In this document: positions 55,535-64,000 of the stretch, in pieces | How the letters are laid out: the number at the start of each line of letters is the position of its first letter | How positions within the stretch are numbered: the first letter of the stretch is position 1 | NCBI RefSeq assembly: GCF_009914755.1 | Contig: NC_060932.1 | DNA length: 64,000 nt | Source: the human T2T-CHM13v2.0 reference genome, Homo sapiens | Reading direction: 5' to 3' (one strand) | Translations under genes and position numbers: made by a program | The notes under the pieces: generated by a model | The model's input: the letters and a program-made list of their open reading frames with translations, nothing else | What the model was told of the DNA's origin: nothing | The model's database searches: none

Positions 55535-56480
55535 GGGCTTTACTGGGATATAACTCACATACCATATCATTCACCCATGTAAAGTATACAATTCAGTGGC
55601 TTTTAGTATATTAATTGAAGTGTTGAACTATCACTGCACTCAGTTTTAAAACATTTTTATCATCCCAAAATAAAACCATATATAGCCATTAGCAGTCACT
55701 GACCACTCTTAGCCCAGACCTAGGTAAATACTAGTCTACTTTCTATCTGTATAAATTTGCCTAGTCTAGAATTTTCACATAAACAGAATCAATACAGTGT
55801 GATCTTTAGTGACTGGCTCCTTTCAATTAGCATAATGTTTCATGGTTATCCATATGGAATCATGTATCAATATTTCATTCCTTTTTGTTGCAGAATAATA
55901 TTCCAATGAGTGCACATACTACATTTTATCTATCTATTCAACAATCCATAGACTTTTATTTGAGTTGTTGCCACTTTTTGGCTATTATGAATAATGCTGC
56001 TGTAAAAATGCCTGCGCAGGCTTTAGTGTGGACAAATGCCTTCATTTCTCTCAAGTATGTACATAGGAGTGAAATTGCTGTGTTATATGATAACTCAATG
56101 TTTAAACTTCTGAAAAATTGCTAAACTGTTTCCAAAGTGACTGAACCACTTTACATTCCCACCAACATAAAAGAAGATTCCATTCATTCCCCAACATTAA
56201 ATAAATGCTTGTTTATTTAATTAATTTACTTATTTACATTTCCACCAACAATAAATAAATTTCTCCACATCCTTGAAAATCCTTGTTATTCCACCCCAGT
56301 GGGGACTAGGGAGTGGTATTATATTGTAGTTTTGATTTGCATTTCCCTGATAACTAATGAGGTGAACATTTTTTCATGTGTTTATTGACAATTTGTATAC
56401 CTTTTTTGGAGAAATGTCTATTCAGTTTGTTTACCCATTTTTAAATTGGGTTATTTATCATTTTATAATGGAGTTAATAG
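55535..56480 (-). mobile_element. L1MB-type 3' region
   Basis: AAAGTATACAATTCAGTGGCTTTTAGTATATT...GCTATTATGAATAATGCTGCT...TTTGATTTGCATTTCCCTGATAACTAATGA. Confidence 0.85.
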
Positions 56481-58852
56481 ACTTAAATTTTTTTAAAACT
56501 TCTGGCCCTTATTTGTATAGTGATGATAGCTTATTGGATTAAAATAGGTAGTGCATGGACTCTTATATGAAGAAAGCTGAAATTTAAGGAAAGGTACTGG
56601 TACAGACTTGTCAGAAGTATGACTACGAATGTATGGTAGTCAGGAAATTGCTGTTGACCCTCTTACAATTTCAGGCAAGTTGTAGAAACAAAAAATAAAT
56701 TACATAGGTTGGGAAAGAAATAGGAGATACACAGAGAGAGGAAATAAATGTCTTTTTAAATTTTTTATGTACTAATTACGTTACCGTATTTTTTGCTGGT
56801 GGGGTCACATATGGAAGAAAGCATCAATTCTAAACACATTGTTGCAAGGGAAAATTATAGATTACAAATCATTCAGAGATGCTATAGCTGAGCAGACTGC
56901 TTTGTGAGGCAGAGCATGCTCCACATCCACAGTATCTAAATGAAGATTATGTATTTGTCTCTTAGGTATATTAGGAGGAATCTTGTCTTTGGCAGAAGAT
57001 TATTGTCTCAAAAGTCCTTCTGAATTCGAACACATGCGGCACGTACAAAACAGTGTCTTAGAATAAGTGCACAATAAATAGTTGTTAAATGAATTGAGCT
57101 ATCAAAATTCTGTGTCCTTGAAATAGTATAATGTGTTCCACATTCTATTTGAAGCATTTGTGCATAATTTTAATGCAATTTCACTCTAGTGAGCAGAATT
57201 ATTTTTTGGTGTGTAACTCTTTCCCCAAGCACGTTTAATGTTAATTTAGTAAAGAAAGCACTTTGGCACCTATTGGTATGAATATGTCAATTGGGAAGAA
57301 ATAAATTTTTAAAGCATTCCGTATGATAATAGAGAGACAGAAGAGGCCAGTAATACTATGCAAATGTGACTTTATTCGTATAAATCTCCACAAAGCATAT
57401 ATTTAAATCCACCCTCATAGATTAGACAAGACATGTTAGGGAATTGAGAACAGTTTAATAACTCAACTTTTTTTTCTCATTACTTTATGCTGATGAGGGT
57501 TTCCAGGAGACCTCCAGCTATATTTATCAGGAATTTGATAAATAAATTTACACAAAGGAACAGGGATAAGTTGAATTATTTTCAGATCAGTAACAATTTG
57601 TTTCTCACTGCAGTATCCTCAAAAAGAAAGCTGCTCAGTTATGTGATTGATTTTAACAAATTTCTGTTATTTGTTTTCATGATATTTAAATGAATTTAAA
57701 ACAAGTCTAAGGAAAGGCGTATCTTAGAGCACTATAGCTTGTGATATCTGCATCTTAGTTTCCAGTATGCACAGGCACTCATGCATGTAGGCCTATTGTG
57801 GGAAATCTTTCACAATCTAATATAAGCCATTCCAGGATGTCATGAAATTGCAAGACCTTTTGTCAATTTCAAGTTTTTAAATTCATCTCAATATTCTACA
57901 AATGTTCTTTTCTGATAAATTGCACTTAATTTTTTTTTTACCTTGTACAACAATTTGCCTTGAACAACAATTATCAACTGGTTTACATTTGCCCTTGGAG
58001 GTACACGTACACTTTTTAAAAATTTCGTGGGAAAGAACCAATTTTCGTATCTTCAACTTGTATAGGTATTCTTTCCTAAATTGTATCTGCCTATAGTCTA
58101 CATTAAGAGGCTACTAACCTTTTCCACCTTCTCTTGCCAGTTCCCTCTTGCTTGCTTACAAAAGAAAGCCACACTTGTCACCTTGGACTTAACATGGTAC
58201 ACAGTCCCCAGGCCATAAAATCCTCTGGGTACAAAGGAACAACCCAGAACATTAGCTCCATAAACTTTAATTAAGTACCTTAACTCCGATAACTTTTTCT
58301 AAAACACATATTTCTGATGAAAGGAAAGCTTAACTTTTAAAATGTGTCATTTTAACTCTTTTTGGAATGTTTTCATTTCAGATAAGTATATATTAAAGAA
58401 TGAGGGATGAGAGTGATGAGAGTCTTATTTAATAACATCACCTCTTGGTTATGTTGATTAGACCACATGGCTCTAATGGAGAGGCTGTGAGAGCAAGCAA
58501 AGAGACTGTGCATGGGCAGTACTGAAGGGCAGTACTGAAGGCCCCACCAGCTCTCATGTCTAGGAGGCAAACTCCTTGCAAAGCTCTGGGATCCAGCTAT
58601 CTTTATATCCATTGATCATCTGTTTATCTTGGAACTCAAATTTTGAAGTGATTCAATTGTCACAAGAATACATATCAACATATTTATTTAAATTAAAATG
58701 AGTTAGGCTTTTGGAGAGAAAGTAAGTAGGATTCATTTGATTTGTTTGACAAATCAGATTTTCTAGATAGGTGGACCTTTTTTAGCTGAATAAACTGGAG
58801 CAACAATGTTTCTGTATCTTTAAAGTAAATAAAAATATTTTATATATTGAGG

Positions 58853-59210
58853 TTATTATGGACTGAAGGTTTGTGGCCTTCCCCAAATTCATATATTGAA
58901 GCCCTACCCACCAATGTGATGGTGTTTGGAGACAGGTGAGCCCTAAGGAGATAATAAGGATTAGATGAGATCCGAGATGAGTGGCTTATAAGAAGAGGAA
59001 GAGAGAGAGAGCCTTCTCTCTTTTTCCACCATATGAGGACACATAAAAAAAGTTGGCTGTCTGCAAGAAAGGAAGAGAGACCTTGCCAGGAACCAAATCT
59101 TCAGCGTCTTGATCTTGGGCTTCCAGGCTCTAGTACTGAGAAAAATAAAAGTCCATTGTTTAAGCCACACAGTCTATGATAATTTCTGACAGCTTGAGCA
59201 GACTAAGGCA
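58853..59210 (+). mobile_element. MLT1A/B-like MaLR solo LTR
   Basis: TATGGACTGAAGGTTTGTG...AAATTCATATATTGAAGCCCTA...TTGTTTAAGCCAC...GCAGACTAAGGCA. Confidence 0.85.
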
Positions 59211-59869
59211 GGGGTTAATATTTTTTATTTTCCAGCTATTTTTGGAAAAAGTCAGTTTAAACAGGTGCCTCTAAGTCAAAGAGGCATAATTAGTGATCAT
59301 TTGATAGGACTTGGTGTAGCCCTTTTGGTATAGATGACTAATGACTAGTAGCAAATCCTTTTGTGTGACATGGATTCCATTTCTTTCCCTTCAGAAAATA
59401 AAAGGAAAAACTAACTGAGTCATCAAATGATACAACCATTAAAATAATTGGTAATCACCATAGGATTTATTTGGCATATAACCCAGGAGCTCACAAACTG
59501 AGTGACATTGTAATAATAACATTCTGTGCACTTCTCCACATATGCATTTATGTAAGCAAAATAGCTTGGGAGCAGTGTAGAAGTTTTTTTTTTTTCAAAA
59601 AGTTTTTAGAATTGATTCTGAAGCATGTCTTGGTACACCAATAAATAATTTTTATCCACAGATATATAAGCTGTTTTAAAAAGCACCAATTGCTACTATT
59701 ATATACTAAAATCACTCTACTGTTATCACTAATAATAATAATAAAATAATAGTAATGTTCATATAGAGTAAATTTAATTTTTCATTATGTATGGTCACAG
59801 GAAAAAGAAAATGAAATTATATATATATATACACAGATAAGAATGACAGAGTAACCAAAAAAGACTGCA

Positions 59870-62800
59870 GAGGAGGCAGAGCAAAATGTTCAAATAGAAC
59901 CCTCCAGCAATTATTTCCCAGGTAAGAACACCAAATTGAACAATTATCCATGCCAGATACCACCTTTATGAGAACCAAAAATTAGGTGAATAATCAGAGT
60001 ACCTGGTTTTAACTTCATATCAGTGAAAGATACACTGAAAAGGGTAGGAAAGACAGTCTTGCATTGCCAGTGATACCTCTCTCTCATCCTCTGGCAGTGA
60101 CCCCATGGCATAGAAAGGGAATCTGTGTGCTTGGGGCAGACAGAGTGCAACGACTGGGGGAATCTGCATTGGAACTTAATGCTTCCCTGTGAGACCAGAA
60201 AGCAACATGGGGCAGAATTCAGCCAGCACCCATGGAGGGAGCATTTAGATCATCTCTAGCTAGAGGTGAATTGTCTATCCCAGCAGTCATAATCTAAGTT
60301 CCAGCAAGCCCTACCACCATGGGCTACAGTGCACTGGGGTTCTAAATAGACTTGAAAGGCAGTCTAGGGCACAAGGAGTGCAATTCCTGGGGAAGTTCTG
60401 GTACTGTGCCAGGGCGGAGCCAGTGGATATGGGAGACACACAATCTAGTGAGACACCAGCTGGGGCAGCCAAGGGAATGCTTATATCACCCTGCTCCCAA
60501 CCCCAGCCACCACAGCACCCAGCTTTGGGAAAGACTCCTTTCTTCTACACTGGAGAGAAGAGAGGGGAGAGTAAAGAGGACTCTGTCTTGAAAATTGGAA
60601 ACCAGCTCAGCCACAGTAGGATAGGGCACCAGGAAGAGTCCTGAGGCCCTCATTCCAGGCCCTATCTCCTGGACTACATTTCTGGACACATCTTGGGTCA
60701 AAAGGGAGCTCACTACTTTGAAGGGAAAGACCCAGTCCTGGTAAGATTCATTACCTGCTGAATAAAGTGCCCTCGGGCTTTGAATAAATAGAATCAGTAC
60801 CAGGCAGTACTCTCTATGGGCCTTAAGTGAGACCCAGGGCCATACTGGCTTCAACTGTGACCCAGCACATTCCCAGCTGTGATGGCCATGGGAGAGACTC
60901 CTTATACTTGAGGAAAAAGACAGGGAAGAGCAAAGGGGACTTCATCTTGCAGCTTGGGTACTAGCTCAGCCACAGTGGAGTAGAGCACCAAGCAGGCTCC
61001 TGGGGTCCCCGATTCCAGGCCTTGGTTCTTGGATAACATATTGTACCTGCCCTGGGCCATAGGAGAGCCTACTGCCCTGAAGGGAGAGTCCCAGTCATGG
61101 TAGCATTCACTATAAACTGACTGAAGAGCCCATAGCCCTTGCATGAACATTGGTGGTGTCCAGGCAGTACTCACTGCAGGCCTGGCATGGTGATGGCCAT
61201 TGGGAGAGACTCCTTATGCTTGAGGAAAGAAGAAGGAGGAGTGGAAAAGACTTTTTCTTGTATCTTGGGTGCCAGATCAGCCATAGTAAAATAGAGCACT
61301 AAGTAGATACATAAGTTCCTTGTCTCCAGCCTGTGGCTCCCGAACAGCATCTCTGGATCCACCCTTGGCCAGGTAGGAGCTTGCTACTCTGAAGGGAAGA
61401 ACACAAGCCTGGCTGGATTCACCACCTGCTGAGTCCTTGGGCCTTGAGTGAACATTGGTGGTAGCCAGGCAGTAGTTGTCACAGGCCTTGGGCAAGACCC
61501 AGTACTGTGCTGGCTTTGGGTCTGGCCCAGGATAGTCCCAGTGGTGGAGAACACAGGGGTGCTTGTGTCACCCATCCCCCTGCTCCAGGTAGTTCAGTAT
61601 GGAGAAACAGACTTTTTGTTTTGTTTTGTTTTGCTGGAGAGGCCGGTGGGGTGGGAGGTGAAAGAAGTAAGAGAAGAGAACAAGAATTTCTGCCTGGTAA
61701 TCCAGAGAATTCTTCCAGATCTTATCCAAGACACCAAGCGGGTACCTCTGTGAGTCTGTAACAGCCATAGTGTTACTAGGCTTGAGGTGCCCTCTAATGC
61801 AGATACAGCTGCAATGACCAAAGCTTTAGATCACAGCACTTAATTTTCTTCAGATACTTGGAAAGCCTTACCAAGAAGGGCAGTTACAAAAAAGCCCAGA
61901 CTGCAAAGACTACAATAAATACCTAATTATTCCATGCCCAGACATTCACTTACATCCATAAGCATAAAGACTATCCAGAAAAACATGACCTCACCAAACA
62001 AATTAAATAAGGCAGCAGTGACCAATCCCAGAGTGACAGAGATATGTGACCTTTAAGAAAGAAAATTCAAAATAGCTGTTTTGTGGAAGTTAAACAAAAT
62101 ACAAAATACAGAGAAGGAATTCAGAATCCTATCAGATAAATTTAACAAAGTTATTAAAGTAATTTTTGAAATTTCATCAGAAATTCTGGAGCTGAAAAAT
62201 TCAATTGACATACTGAAGAATGCATCAGAGCCTCTAAACAGCAGAATAGATCAAGCAGAAGAATGAATTGTGAGCTTGAAGACAGGCTATTTGAAAATAC
62301 ACAGTCAGAGAAGACAAAATAATAAAGAATAAAACAGAATGAAACACATGTACAAAAATCTTGAAAATAGCTTCAAAAGAACAAATCTAAGAGTTACTGG
62401 CCTTAAAGCAGAGGTTGAGACAGAGATCAGGGTAGAAAGTTTATTGAAAGGGATAATAACAGAGAACTTCCCAAACTTAGAGAAAGATAACAATATTCAA
62501 GAATAAGAAGGTTATAGAACACCAGGCAGATTTAACCCAAATAAGACTGCCTTAAGGCATTTAATAATCAGACTCTCAAAGGTCAGGATAAAGAAAGGAT
62601 CCTAAAAGTAGCTAGAGAAAAGAAACAAACATACAAAGGAACTCCAATACATCTGGCAGCAGAATTTTCCGTGGAAATCTTACAGTCCAGGAAAGAGTAG
62701 CATGCCATATTCAAAGAGCTGAGGGAAATAAAAACACACACATACACACACACACAAAAGAACCCACTTTTACCCTAGAATAGCATATTCAGCAAAAATA

Positions 62801-64000
62801 TCCTTAAAACATGATGGAGTAATAAAGACTTTCTCAGACAAATAAAAGCTGAGGGATTTCCTCAGTACCAGAACTGTCCTATAAGAAGAAATACTAAAGG
62901 AAGTTCTTCATTCTGGATAAAAAGGACATAAACAAGCAATAAGAAATCATTTGAAGGTACAAAACTCACTTGTAATAGTAAATACACAGACAAACACACT
63001 AAAGTCACAGAGTATTATAATACTGTATTCGTGGTATGTAAACTACTCATATCTTGAGTAGAAAGAAAATGATGAACCTATCAAAAATAATAGCTACAAC
63101 GCTTCTCAAGACATAGTATCATCAGATATAAATAGAAACAATAAAAAGTTAAAACATTAGGGTTAAAGTTTTTATTAGTTTTATCTTTGCTTGTTTGCTT
63201 TTGCAATCAGTATTAAGTTGTTTTAAGTTTAAAATAATTCTAAGATGTTATTTGCAAGCCTCATGGTAACTTCAAATCAAAACACCTACAACAGATACAC
63301 AAAAAATAAAAAGAAAGAAATTAAAACACGACCAGAGAAAATTACCTTCACAGACAGGAAGACAAGAAGGAAAGAAGGAAGGAAAAGAAGATCACAAAAC
63401 AACCAGAAAACAAATAACAAATGGTAGGAGTAACTTCTTACTTATCAGTAATAACATTGACTGTAAATGGACTAAGCTGTCCAATCAAAAGATATGTTTT
63501 TTTCTCTGAATGGAGAAAAAAACAAGGCCCAATGTTCTTTTCCCTACAAGAAACACACTTGACTTACAAAGACACACAGAGACTGAAAATAAAGGAATGG
63601 AAACAGATATTCAATGCAAATGTAAACCAAAAAAAGAGCAGGAGTGGCTATACATATATCAGACAAAATAGATTTCAAGTCAAAAACTATAAAAAGAGAC
63701 AAAGAAGGTCACTGTATAATGATGAGGGAGCCAATTTAGCAGGAGGATATAACAATTTTAAATATATATGTACCTGACACTGGAGCACTAAGATATATAA
63801 AGCAAACATTATAAAAGCCCAAGAGAAAGATAGAACTCAATATGACAAAAGCTGGAGACTTCAACATCCCACTTTCAGCATTGGACAAATCATCAAGACA
63901 GAAAATCAACAAAGTAACTTTAAATTTAATCTGCACTATAGAACAAATGAACCTAGTAAATATTTACAGTAAATTTTTTTTGATGGCTGCAGAATATGCA
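59870..64000 (+). mobile_element. Old L1 (L1M1/L1MA-type) 5' half: 5'UTR with tandem subrepeats, decayed ORF1 (about 61930-62940) and ORF2 endonuclease start (63421 onward); runs off the window
   Basis: ORF1-like LELKNSIDILKNASEPLNSRIDQAEE; ORF2 N-terminus ITLTVNGLSCPIKR...QETHL; multiple stops and frameshifts. Confidence 0.9.

Noticed and set aside
58514-58541. 13-bp tandem duplication GGGCAGTACTGAA
   Set aside because: Ordinary slippage duplication.

Overview
AT-rich, CpG-depleted primate DNA (very likely human or great ape, given AluS/Y, L1PA2 and MER11). It reads as intergenic or intronic. I find no intact protein-coding gene, RNA gene or CRISPR array; nearly all supplied ORFs are chance ORFs or L1/Alu remnants. 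The window is dominated by transposable elements: L1PA2/3/5, older L1M, L2, MIR, Alus, Tigger3, MER5A, a MER11 solo LTR, MER21, MER31, MLT1 and an ERV-L pol remnant. The main signals missing from the ORF track are (i) a full-length, decayed DPPA3/STELLA processed pseudogene inserted into an ERV-L integrase remnant, with a 70-bp locally templated insertion in its 3'UTR; (ii) a second, chimeric 3'UTR-like retrocopy inside an old L1; (iii) an L1PA5-like insertion with a ~67-bp target-site duplication (TSD); and (iv) a 61-bp inverted repeat pair and a 20-bp-stem hairpin. These are retrotransposition and DNA-repair fossils; I cannot support a new functional biological system here. Repeat family names and the DPPA3 match come from recalled consensus sequences, not database searches.
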